Shown here: positions 20,652 through 32,346 of the stretch, piece after piece
How the letters are laid out: each line of letters starts with the position of its first letter
Position numbering within the stretch: the first letter of the stretch is position 1
Origin: Guillardia theta CCMP2712
Lineage: Eukaryota; Protista; Cryptophyta
NCBI RefSeq assembly: GCF_000315625.1
Contig: NW_005434603.1
Location: 404,475 to 442,853 of the forward strand
Length of the DNA stretch: 38,379 nt
Reading direction: 5' to 3'
The notes under the pieces: model-generated
Told to the model about the DNA's origin: nothing
Databases searched by the model: none
Seen by the model: the letters and a program-made list of their open reading frames with translations, nothing else
Made by a program: the position numbers and the translations under genes

Positions 20652-21985
20652 ATGAAGTCGCAAGCTTCTCTGTCTGTAGCGCAGGTGGTAGAGGAACTCA
20701 CGTCTCAGGACCCTTCGGTTCGCCTTCAAGCTGCTAGACGAGTGAAGCATGGAGTCATTGGGAACCAGGGCAGGAAGTCGCTCTACTGCAAGGCAGGAGC
20801 GGTCAACAAGCTCCTCCTCCTCCTCTCCTCCTCCTCTACTGTAGTTGCACAGCAAGAGGCTCCCGTACTCGACGAGTTGGTGGCTGAAGCAGCGGCGGCT
20901 CTGGGTAGCTTGGCGTATGGCAGCTGGGCTCGTGCTCGGCTGATCCTGGAGGAGGGCGCAATGCCGGCGATCCTTTCCCTCCTCTCGCTCGCTCACCCTC
21001 GCGCCGCCTCCTCCCTCGTCCGGACCCTCCGCGTCCTCTCTGAGCTAGATCCCAGCGAGAGCTCTCAACGGTTTTGGAGCTCCTACCCCTCCTCCTCCCC
21101 CTCCCCCCCCTCCCCCCTCCTCCTCCTACGTCTCGACGCTCCTCTGCTTCGCGGATGGAAGCGAGGAGGATCTTGCATGCAGCGCACTGACAGTGCTGGC
21201 GCGTGTGAGCCGGAGGAAGGAGCATCAGCGAGTGCTCGCGAGAGGAGGCGCGTGGGAGGTCGTGCTGCGACACCTGCATGGCTCGCACAAGAGGAGGGAG
21301 GGGACGCTGGAGCTGCTGGCGGCCTTGACGCGCGACAACGAGGAGGAGACGCGGCGGATGCTGCGGACAGAGGAGACAAGCCTGCCTGCCCTGCTGCCCC
21401 TCGTGCTTCATGAGCGACCCTTCACCCGCCTCTTCGCCTGCGTCTGCATCATACAGGCGGTGAGGGAGGGGGAGGAGGAGAGGAGGCGGGAGCCGACACA
21501 GCTCTCTCTCCTCCTTCACACGACCCTCTCCCTCCTCCGCGAGCCCCACAAGCTCTTGCGCGAGAGAGCGACGGAAATTGTTCGTGACCTGCTGGAGCTC
21601 AAAGACGTTCGAAGTCTCTTCCTCCTCTCCGGAATGACACCTCTCCTCCTTACGCTGGTGCTACTCCTAAACCCTAAACCCATTCCTCCTCCTCCTCCTC
21701 CTCCTCCTCCTCCCCCTCCTCTCCCTCCCTCCCTCCCTCCATCCACCACCATCTCCTCCTCCCTTATTCTTTCTCCCTCCTTCCTCCTCCCTCCCTTCTT
21801 CCATTCCTCTCCCCTTCTCCTTCCCCATCGTCCTCTATTGACGCGGCTTCAGGCATGCGGGGAGAGCGCGACGGTGAAGGAGAAGGAGAACATCCTGATG
21901 GCGTTGGGGGCCCTGGCGTCAACGTCAGAAGCTACTCGCTGTGAAGTGAGAGAAGAAGCATGATGATGATGATGATGACAATGGA

Positions 21986-22031
<46 letters not shown>

Positions 22032-22144
22032 NNNNNNNNNNNNNNNNNNNNNNNNNNNNNNNNNNNNNNNNNNNNNNNNNNNNNNNNNNNNNNNNNNNNN
22101 NNNNNNNNNNNNNNNNNNNNNNNNNNNNNNNTGATGATGATGGA

Positions 22145-22187
<43 letters not shown>

Positions 22188-23044
22188 ATGATGATGATGG
22201 AGATGATGATGATGATGGAGATGATGATGGAGATGATGATGATGGTGGTGAGAAAGGGGAGGGGAAGGGCTCGTAGGGGCAAGGAAACAATGTTTGAGTG
22301 ACTCAGAGGCTGTGCGGCAGTTGGCGTCTTGTGAGGTGGTTGGTCTCATCGCATCCTCTCTCTCCTCCTCCTCTGCGGGAGTGCGACGAGCTGCCTGCTA
22401 CTGTCTGCAGGTAGAGGAAGAGGAGGGGAGAGGGGACGGGGGATGGTGATGTTTGCAACAGGGCATGGCAAGGTCAGTGAAGACTGTGAGGACGGTGATA
22501 GCGGACGCGAAGTTAGGAGGGAAGTTGTGCCAACTGATGAAAGAGGAGGAGGTAGAGGAGAGAGCTTCAGCAGGTAAGGGGAAGGGGAGGGAGGGGTGGG
22601 AGGAGGCAGAAAGGGGTGGGGGTCAAGAGGAGGAAGAAGGGGTGGGGGCCAAGAGGAGGAAGAGGGGGTGGGAGGTCAGGAGGGTCAGGAGGGTCCAGGG
22701 CTGATGGTGACGTGGCAGCGGTGTGCAACCTTGTGCTTGTCTTCTCTCCCGTTCGGGTTGAGATCGTCCGGCATGGCGGCATCGCCATCCTCGTCGCCCT
22801 CCTGCGCCGCGAGCAAGCAGAGGACAAGAAGGAAAGTCAGCCGGAGAGCAGCTGGGAGGGAGCAGCAGAACAAAGACGACAAGGAGGAGGAGGAGGGGCA
22901 GCTCTCAATGCAGTGTGGGGGCTAAGGAACTTAGTGTACATGAGCGAAGAGGAGACGAAAGTGAAGGTGCTCGAGCAGTTGGGAGACTTGCTGCCCTCTC
23001 TCCTCTGCACCAAGGTAAAACTTCCAGCGCTAACATCGCTATTC

Positions 23045-23087
<43 letters not shown>

Positions 23088-24170
23088 TCTTCCTCCTCCT
23101 CCTCCTCCTCCTCCTCCTCCTCTTCCTCCTCTTCCTCGTAGGTACTGAGTCTGTTCAGACCCACAGCGAGCTGTTCCTACAGCAGGCGCTTGGCCTCATG
23201 AGAAACTTTGCGCACGCGAGGAAGGAAGACGCGGCGCTGTTGCTCGAGCATGTCAGTCGAAACTTCACCGGCAACCAAGACAAGTGGCAGGAGAACTTTC
23301 TCGCAGCAGTCGCCTCCTGCATCGCCTCCTCCACGTGCCCTCCTCCTCTTCCTCCTCCCTTCCCTCTCATGCTGCTGGCAGGTTGCTCGCGTACGAAGCC
23401 ATGCTTCTCCTCAACAACCTTGCTGCTCACACAGTGAGTAGTAGTAGTAGTGGTGGTGGTGGTGGTAGTAGGAGGAGGAGGAGGCGAAGTGAGTGAGTGA
23501 GGGAGGGAGGGAGGGAGGGAGGGGAGGGGTGACGAGTGCGGCAGGTTGAAATGCGAGGAGCGATACTGGACGCCTCGTTCCTCCTTCAGGCCATCAACGC
23601 TGCCCTGTTGAAGAGCTCGCAGGAGGGCAGGCTCAGGATCGCTCTCGCCCTCCTCCTCTTCCACCTCCTCGGGCTCGGCAACTCGCGCATCCTCCGCGAC
23701 TTCGACGCAGAGATTCTCCTCAACTCGTCGGTGCTGGACAAACTTCGACGCGAGGGCCTCGCTGAGAGGTTCAGAGGGAGCCCTTCCTGGCGCTCTCCTC
23801 TCCCCGTCCACATCCGGTGAAAGCTGCACGCCCCTCGCTGGCTCCCTCCCCTCCCCTCCCCTCCCCTCCCTCCCCTCCCCCTTCCCTCTTCGTCTTGCTC
23901 TTGCTCTTCCTCTTTCTGTCGCATCCTCGCTTGCTATCTGCCTGACCCACTTGGAGCTACGAGAACCTCTACTTTATCGTCGCCAACATCCTCCTCCACG
24001 CGCACGTGCGTCTCCTCCTCCTCCACCACCACCTCACGTGGCTGCAGGAGGAGGGACTTGCTGCCTGCTCAGCCGTCGAGGAGCCTGAGAGGGAGCCGGG
24101 CTGCGAAAGAGAGAAGGAGGGGGATGGTCTTGTGCGAGAGGTCGAGACGAGAGGAGGAGACGTGAGCTGA
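20652..24170 (+). CDS. ARMC8: Armadillo-repeat protein ARMC8/Vid28 (GID/CTLH E3 complex subunit), multi-exon, spans a gap
   Basis: VKHGVIGNQGRK..GAVNKLL, AAAALGSLAYG, ARSVKTVRT, AVCNLVLVFSPVR, NAVWGLRNL and QQALGLMRNF resemble ARMC8 motifs. The 3' end (23820 or 24170) is uncertain. Confidence 0.78.
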
Positions 24171-24373
24171 CGGCTGCTGGCGCAGGGGGACCGAGACATG
24201 AAAGAGGAGGAGGAGCGAGGGCGAGAAGGGGAGGGAGGGAGGGAGGAGGGAGGGAGAAGGGGGAGGGGCGAGGGCGAGGGGAAGGCGTTCGTGTGGCGGG
24301 TGTAGGGTCGGTCGGTAGTTTACAAGGAGGGCGTCACAGGACGTTAACGAGGAGGAGCTGAAGCCTTCAGCCA

Positions 24374-24898
24374 CTAGACGAGCTGGCAGGAAGAGTGACT
24401 GCAGTCAACCCGACACAGAGGCATCTGCACGCAAAGCTCTTCCCCCTTGCTTAGACTCTCGTTCACCTGCCCTGCACGTCAGCTCCCCAACCTCCTCCTC
24501 CTCCTCCTCCTCCTCCTCCTCCTCCTCCTCCTCCTCCTCCTCCTCCTCCTCCTCCTCCACCACCACCACCTCATACTGATCTTCCTCCTCCTCCACCACC
24601 TCATACTGATCTTCCTCCTCTTCCTCCTGACAATCCTCACCCTCCTCCTCCTGATCCTTCNNNNNNNNNNNNNNNNNNNNNNNNNNNNNNNNNNNNNNNN
24701 NNNNNNNNNNNNNNNNNNNNNNNNNNNNNNNNNNNNNNNNNNNNNNNNNNNNNNNNNNNNTTGCTAAGCTCCTGTAAATCATCCCCTGCGCCCATGAATG
24801 AGCGAGAGAAAGTGATGATGATGAAGAGAAACGAGAAAAATGAGAATCGAGGAGGGGGGGAGCGGGTATGAGCAAGGAGGAGGAGGAGGAGGAGGAGG

Positions 24899-24929
<31 letters not shown>

Positions 24930-27714
24930 GGAGGAGGAGGGGGAGCGAAAATGATTAGGGTATTAGGAGGGAAAAGGAGCAAGGAGGAGGGTATACCTTC
25001 CCGCACTGTGTAGACGGATCCCGTGGAGACGGCCATGCCGGGGAGCAGGTGGTCGGGGCGTTCAAGGAAGGGGTTCCACATGTAGAGGTCGAGGTAGCCG
25101 ATCTTCAAGCTCCTCGCGATGCTCTCCAGCGTATCTCCTCCTCGCACGCACTCCTGGCACTTACGCACCCTCACTTGCACGCACCCGACCTGCTGCTTCC
25201 CCCACGTCCCTCCCACCAGCGACGCGTCCAGACAGAGTGTGTAGGGCTTGTAGAGCGCATCCTGCCGCGCAGGCGTCCACTCGAGGGTGACGGAGTTGAG
25301 GGGAGCAGGAGAGGAGCAGGGGAGGCAGGCGCCCTGGGGGAGGGAAGGCAGAGGATCGCAGTGGGTGTTGAAGCACTTGGAGCTGCCGGCAGGAGAGAAG
25401 GAGAGGACGTACTGCAAGGGCTGAGGAGCCGCCCCGTTCATGTCTGTCTGCATCATTCCAGTGGCTGAAGCGTTGAGCCTCCTGTCCTCCACTACCAGCA
25501 GCAGCTCCAGCTTGCAGCCAACCACCGCCTCGTAGATGAGCGGCTGCGTGAGGAGGACGGGGGCCGGGGGAACCACCTCGATCACCACGCAGAGCAGCGA
25601 GCGGGAGTAGGAAGAGGATGGGTCCTTGACCGGGAAGTTGTCTCCGTCTGGCTGCTTTGACTGAGCTTGGAAGCACACGCGGTAGATTCCTCCGACCGCA
25701 GCGACGGACGGGGTGTAGTGGAACGTGCGATCGAACTGCGGAGGAGGGAGGAAGGAACTGAGACCCGCGTCGCACGAGGACAGCTGACAGGCCCCGGAGC
25801 AGAAGGCGGAGGCTCCTGCCACTAGCGGCACTTGCTCGGTGAAGAGCAGATTAGCATGGCACCCCGACGTCAGCTTGCTCCCCGAGGAAGTGCTGCTCCA
25901 CTCTCCTAGTGGAACTCCGGGGTCTTCGCTCACCAGCACGCAGACCTTGTCTCCTGCGTTTCGATCCCTCGCCCGCACCCGCAGATCCAGACTCTGCCCG
26001 TAGCCCACCACATAGTGCGCGCCGGGAGCCACCGCCTGCTGCGCCTGCTGCATGGCGGGGTAGGAGAAGGCGGACAGGCTCTCTCCTCCTCGGCTCGGCT
26101 GGTTGTAGTTGGAGGCGTCGACGAACTCTGGCGAAAGGTGCACGCCCAGCTGGAGCTTCAGCTCGACATCCTGCCTGCTACCCGAGCAGCGGGAGAAGCT
26201 CGCAAGGGAGGAGACGAGCTCGTAGCCGGCCTGCGGGACCCACCAGTCTGCCGAGAGGTTGTGAGCCATAACTACCCGCAGGACTATCTGCGACTGAGTC
26301 TGGGTATGAGGGGGAAGATAGCCCGAGCTCGCCAGGTTCTGCCCCAGGTGGACGAACTGGGAGGCGACGCCGGCGCTGTCAAGCGGCGAGTTGGTCACGG
26401 CATTCAGCACACCTCCAGCTGACAGAGCGTCGTAGCCGCTAACACCCGCGAAGGAGACCCAGCCGTCCTGGTCGGGCCCATCGACAGCGTCGTAGGCCTC
26501 CATACGGGAGAAGCCAAGGAAGCGATCGAGACATGAAAAGTAGGAGATGCTGCTGGTGTTGTGAGCGATGAACTTGAGCGGGGATGTGAGCGCGAGCACG
26601 TCGTCGTAGTTGGGGTCGCGCACGAGAAGGTCGACATAGGCCATCTGAAGGGAAACGAGTCAGCCAAGAGAGGACGAGGGGGGAGGACGAGGAGGCGATG
26701 GGGATGATGATGATGGTGATGATGATGATGAGGAGGAGGGCACCAGACCTCTTGCTGTGAGGCGAGGGCTGCCAAGGAGATGGAGGTGTCAGACTGAGGG
26801 GTGAAGGCGCTGAACAGAACCCCCCGGCTGCTGGGGCTGAGCTCGATCACGGGTGACTTGTGCATGTACAGCCCACCGCTGCCGACCTGGATGCTCGACC
26901 CAGCCGGGGACAAGGAAAGGGAGAGGGAGGAGCCTTGCAGCTGATTGTAGTTGGACTGCGAGGGTTGCTGCGGGTTCCGAAGGTAGAGGATGAGGTTGGA
27001 AAGGCTTGTGATCGACGCGACGCGGTTGAAGGAGGAGGAGGAGGAGGGGCAGGCAGCGACTTCGAAGGCGGAGTCGAGGATCTGCTGGTCGGGTATCGAC
27101 TCGTTCCACACTCGCAGCTCGTCCACGTCTCCCACCATGAAGCTCCTTGATTCCGCGTCCCAGTCCCGCGACCCTCCGACCGTGAGGGCAGGGTAACCGA
27201 CGTAGCTCTCCTTTCTCCAGATCACTCCCGGGTCCCCCCACGATGCCTCCGCCCTTTTGACCCCATCCACGAAGAGAGACGCGGCAGCTGGGCGTCTGCT
27301 GCTGGTGACTCCGGGGATGAAGGAGGCGCTGGCGGTGAACCGAACCGTCAGGTGCGTCCAGTTGGTGAGGGAGAGATCATTCGCGCAGAAAGAGCGGAGG
27401 GCAGGGGAGGAGGAGCCCTCCACGTAGGCGCTGAAGCAGCACTGAGAGGACGAGCAGCTCACACGCCATCCCCTCGTCTCCGTCGCGTTCATGCACCCGA
27501 TCACGGGCTGAGGTACCGCAGACTCGCTGAGCTTCAAGAAGAGCTGGACGGTGAAGGAAGAGCTGTACAGCGCGTCTGCTCCGGCTCCTGTCGTCAGCAG
27601 AGAGCTTCCGTTGAGCTGAACGTAAGTCCCCTCCCTCGTCGCATCTCCACAGCAGGTCGCTTCAGCCCCTCCGACCATGGCCATCGCCAGCACGAGCATC
27701 GCCAGTTGAGTCAT
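24374..27714 (-). CDS. Secreted protein: signal peptide, LamG/ConA-like domain, Cys-rich beta region, two C-terminal LysM domains
   Basis: Signal MTQLAMLVLAMAMVGGAEA. LamG motifs SFTVQLFLK, WTHLTV, LFVDGV and GDVDELRVWN. LysM1 is CVRGGDTLESIARSL..LYMWNP..PDHLLPG. LysM2 is YTVREG/DDLQELS..(gap)..LSKGEELCV. Stop TAG at 24374-24376. Confidence 0.8.
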
Positions 27715-28711
27715 CTTGCTGGTCTGTCTCTAGAGCAGGGACTTTACAACATGCCCAGCAGCTGTCAACCTGGAAACCAGCTCCATCAGACGTTCAGCAA
27801 TGATTGGCCGTACGAGAAAGAGCCATAGTTGAACGAGAATGAGACCATGAAAGATGGTGTGTGAGAGATGCAGCGAGGAGGAGAAAGAAGATGAGACCAG
27901 GGGTTGTGCATAGGCTAATCATCACCCTCCTGTATCTGCTAAGTCGACTACTATCGTCTATTCCTGCCTTCCTCTGGTGTCTCGAACTCTCCCTGCCGAT
28001 CATACTTGCCGAGTCTGATATCGCCTCATTCTCTTTTCTTCGCTCCTTCTTTTCTATCATTCTCATATCTCTCTCCTCCCTCCTCCTCTACCCTTATCTC
28101 TGTCTCTCTGTCTCTCTGTCTCTCTGTCTCTCTGTCTCTCTGTCTCTGTCTCTGTCTCTGTCTCTGTCCCTCCCCTCCCCTCCCTCCCTCCCTCTCTCCC
28201 CCCCCACATGACGCTCGTCGCCTTCGCCCAAGAGACAACGGGCGGTATGAGGCCACAACCAAATGATCACCCCCTACCCCATAAATTACACAATAATCTC
28301 ACATAGAGGGGGTAGGGTTAAATGTATACCCCTCCTAATTATGATAATTATGCATGGTGGGTCCAATTTTACTCGATAAAAGTAAAATAAAAGTTACCCC
28401 CACCTATCAAAGATAAAGCAAAAGGAGGGGTACACCACAGCATATTTGAAGAGTGGGTGGGTAGAAAAGAAATTCTGTTGTCAGGGTGGGGTCACTACAA
28501 GGGGTGGTGTGTCAATATATCGTGGGGTCATACTTGAAATTGTACCCCTAATTTGATGTTTTTACACAGGCATTTGGAGGGGTGTATTCTGATCCGTTTG
28601 TGATATGCGAGGGTACTACATGAGGAGCAAGGGGATAGGTAGGGGTAGGTAGTCAAAATGTACGGGTGATAACCTCGCAAAGGGGGTGGAGGAAGTCGGG
28701 GTGGTGGAGCC

Positions 28712-29882
28712 ATGGAGGTGCGAGGGAGTGTGAGCGTGGGAGGGTATGCGAGAGGAGGGAAGCGAGGAGAAGGCTCGTATGGCGAAGTCTTCAGTGCTCA
28801 GGAGGAGACGACTGGACATGCGCGAGCGCTGAAGAGGGTGAGGATGGAGAAGGAGAAGGAAGGATTCCCCCTGACAGCTCTCCGAGAAATCGCGCTCCTC
28901 CGCCGCCTCCGCCATCCCCATATCGTCTCCCTAATCGACGTAGCAGTGGGCCCGAGACCCGATCGCGTCTTCCTTGTCTTCGAGTACTGCGACCATGACC
29001 TGGCGAGCCTCCTCGACTCGTCTCCCTCCCCTCCCTTCTCCGAGGGCGAGGTGAAGCGGCTGCTGCTGCAGCTACTGGATGCGGTAGCGTTCATGCACGA
29101 GCAATGGGTGCTTCACCGGGACATCAAGATGTCGAACCTCCTCTACTCCCATGGCTCCCTCAAGCTCTGCGACTTGGGCCTCGCTCGCGAGTTCGGCACC
29201 CCCCTCGTCCCCTACACCCCGAAGGTCGTGACCCTCTGGTACCGCGCGCCGGAGCTGCTGCTCGGGGCCAAGACCTACTCGTCCGCCATCGATCTGTGGG
29301 CATGCGGGGGGATCATGGGCGAGCTGCTACTGCATGCGCCCATCCTTCCAGGCAGGAACGAGAGGGAGCAGCTCTTGCTCACTTACGAGGTCCATCCCCT
29401 CCCCTCCCCTCCCTGCTCCCTCCCCCCTCCTCCTCCCCTTCCTGCTCCACCCCCCTCTCCTCCCCTTCCTGCTTCTCACATTCTCCTCTCCTCTCTTCCT
29501 CAAACCTGTTGCAGCTTCTTGGATCTCCGAACGAGACCATCTGGCCAGGATACAGCAGGTGCTGTTGTGTCATGGAGGTCAGGAGGAGGAGAACTCACGT
29601 CCTGACAGTCTCCCGCACCTCGCGCTCTTCTCCATCCCTCATCAGCCCTACAACAACATTTCCCAGCGCTTCCCCTCCCTCTCCTCTGCGGTCCCGCATC
29701 CCCCCCTCTCCCTTCCGCCCTCTGAGCTGGGGCCTTGCAGGGCCGGGAGCTCCTCAACAGCCTGCTCACCTACGACCCGGACAAACGGCCCAGCGCGCGG
29801 GAAGCGATCAAGTGAGGAGGAGGATGCGGGGAGAGGCAGAGAGGGGGGGCAGGAAGGAGAGAAGAAGAAGGGTTCGGCTTGG

Positions 29883-29963
<81 letters not shown>

Positions 29964-30056
29964 TACTTAGTTGGTTTTCTCCAGGCATGATTACTTTCGT
30001 GAACGGCCGATCCCCAAGTGTGTTGACGCGATGCCCTCGTTCCCTCGCCTCGAGAC
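28712..30056 (+). CDS. CDK10: Cyclin-dependent kinase, CDK10/CDK11 subfamily; 3' end runs into a gap
   Basis: GEGSYGEV, ALKRVRMEKEKEGFPLTALREI, FLVFEYCDHDLASLL, HRDIKMSNLL, YTPKVVTLWYRAPELLLGAK, LLGSPNETIWPG and LLTYDPDKR. Confidence 0.88.
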
Positions 30057-30762
30057 NNNNNNNNNNNNNNNNNNNNNNNNNNNNNNNNNNNNNNNNNNNN
30101 NNNNNNNNNNNNNNNNNNNNNNNNNNNNNNNNNNNNNNNNNNNNNNNNNNNNNNNNNNNNNNNNNNNNNNNNNNNNNNNNNNNNNNNNNNNNNNNNNNNN
30201 NNNNNNNNNNNNNNNNNNNNNNNNNNNNNNNNNNNNNNNNNNNNNNNNNNNNNNNNNNNNNNNNNNNNNNNNNNNNNNNNNNNNNNNNNNNNNNNNNNNN
30301 NNNNNNNNNNNNNNNNNNNNNNNNNNNNNNNNNNNNNNNNNNNNNNNNNNNNNNNNNNNNNNNNNNNNNNNNNNNNNNNNNNNNNNNNNNNNNNNNNNNN
30401 NNNNNNNNNNNNNNNNNNNNNNNNNNNNNNNNNNNNNNNNNNNNNNNNNNNNNNNNNNNNNNNNNNNNNNNNNNNNNNNNNNNNNNNNNNNNNNNNNNNN
30501 NNNNNNNNNNNNNNNNNNNNNNNNNNNNNNNNNNNNNNNNNNNNNNNNNNNNNNNNNNNNNNNNNNNNNNNNNNNNNNNNNNNNNNNNNNNNNNNNNNNN
30601 NNNNNNNNNNNNNNNNNNNNNNNNNNNNNNNNNNNNNNNNNNNNNNNNNNNNNNNNNNNNNNNNNNNNNNNNNNNNNNNNNNNNNNNNNNNNNNNNNNNN
30701 NNNNNNNNNNNNNNNNNNNNNNNNNNNNNNNNNNNNNNNNNNNNNNNNNNNNNNNNNNNNNN
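30057..30762. other. Assembly gap (other gaps at 19834-19933, 22032-22131 and 24661-24760)
   Basis: N runs. Confidence 1.
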
Positions 30763-30883
30763 CCCAGTCCAGGTGATGTTATGTGACGAAGGGAGAGACG
30801 AGGAACAAAGAGCTTTCTATCCCCAACTGACCCTGCGAAGTTATCGCCCAGTTGCAAAGACCTGCCGAATGTCAGCCAGAAGG

Positions 30884-30932
<49 letters not shown>

Positions 30933-32287
30933 CTGCTCCCTCCCTCGATCCTCCTTCTACCTCTCCGTCTTCGCTCAGCACCATCGTGTGTCGTCGTCCG
31001 CATGCCACCTGCATCTCGTCACTCCTCCCCGGTATCCTCCTGCCCTACCTGCTTAACTCGCAGCCTCTCTCCTCCTCCTCCTCCTCCTCCTCCTCTCCTC
31101 CCCTTCCACATTTCCACGGTTCTCAGCTTGTCTTCGCAGCTGCTCGGCACTTGTCAAGCTCTTCCCCAGCAAAGTTTGACAACCTCACGGCGGGGATTCC
31201 CAGCTGACCCCTCGAGTTATCGCCGCAGCAGCAGAGCGAGCTGTCGCCCAGCAGTAACACCTGCAACATCATCAGCACCATCCTCCTCCTCCTCCTCCTC
31301 CTCCTCCTCCTCCTCCTTCCCATCGTTGTGCTGTTCACCCCACCTCCGCCTCCTCCTCCCCATCCTCCATGCTTTTTCTTACTGAGTGGTGGCTGCCACA
31401 GGCTATGAACGTCACCCTCGCCTCCTCCTCCTCTTCTCGCTTGTCTCGTTGCGGCGGCGGCGGCAGTTGACGAGCTGAGAGTTCGCGGGGGGAGAGGAAG
31501 GAGAGGCCCAGCTGGCCTCTCGAGTTTGCGCCTGACGCCCAGACGATGCCGGAGGAGGAGAGGAAGAGAGAATGACACGCGCCGCACGCCAACAGACTGA
31601 TCCTCCTCCCGCACATGCTCTCCACCTGCACCAAGAGCCTTATCCTCCTGCCTCCTGCCTCCTGCCTCCTGCCTCCTGCCTCCTGCCTCCTGCCTCCTCG
31701 CCTCCTCGCCTCCTCGTCCTCCTGCCTCCTGCCTCCTGCCCCCTGCCTCCTGCCGCCTGCCCCCTGCCGCCTGCCTCCTGCCTCCTGCCTCCTGCCCCCT
31801 GCCTCCTCCCTCGCCTCCCTCGCCTCCCTCGCTGCCTCCTGCCTCCTGCCTCCTGCCTCCTGCCTCCTGCCTCCTGCTTCCTGCCTGCCTCCCTCCCTCC
31901 TCCTCACCTTGATTGGCTCAGCAACTTCTGTTCGTTGCTCCTTGTCGTCTCCTCCTCCCACCCCGAGCTGCCCGATCGAGTTGTCGCCCCACCCGAAGAC
32001 TTCATCGCACCAGAGGAGGAGCAGCGTGTGACTCTGACCGCACGCCACCATCCGCACCTTCATCCCCTCCTCCCACCTTCGCTCCACCCTCTCCCACCTC
32101 CAGCTGCTCCCTCCCTTCCTGCCCAGCTGCCCGCTCTCGTTGCAGCCCACCGACAGCAGCGTCTCCTCGTCCTCCAGCACGACGATCGAGTGAGCTTCTC
32201 CTCCTGCTACCTCCCACGCCTTCACCCCTCCTCCTGTGAATGACAACACCTGCACAGATTTCATTCCCACCCCCACTCCCACTCCCA

Positions 32288-32346
<59 letters not shown>

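Noticed and set aside
17307-24875. Poly-M/H/D/L/E ORFs
   Set aside because: They are translations of intronic trinucleotide repeats or run through N gaps.
28268-28320. MITE terminal inverted repeats (CCCTACCCC / GGGGTAGGG)
   Set aside because: Only 9 bp of low complexity and no target-site duplication.
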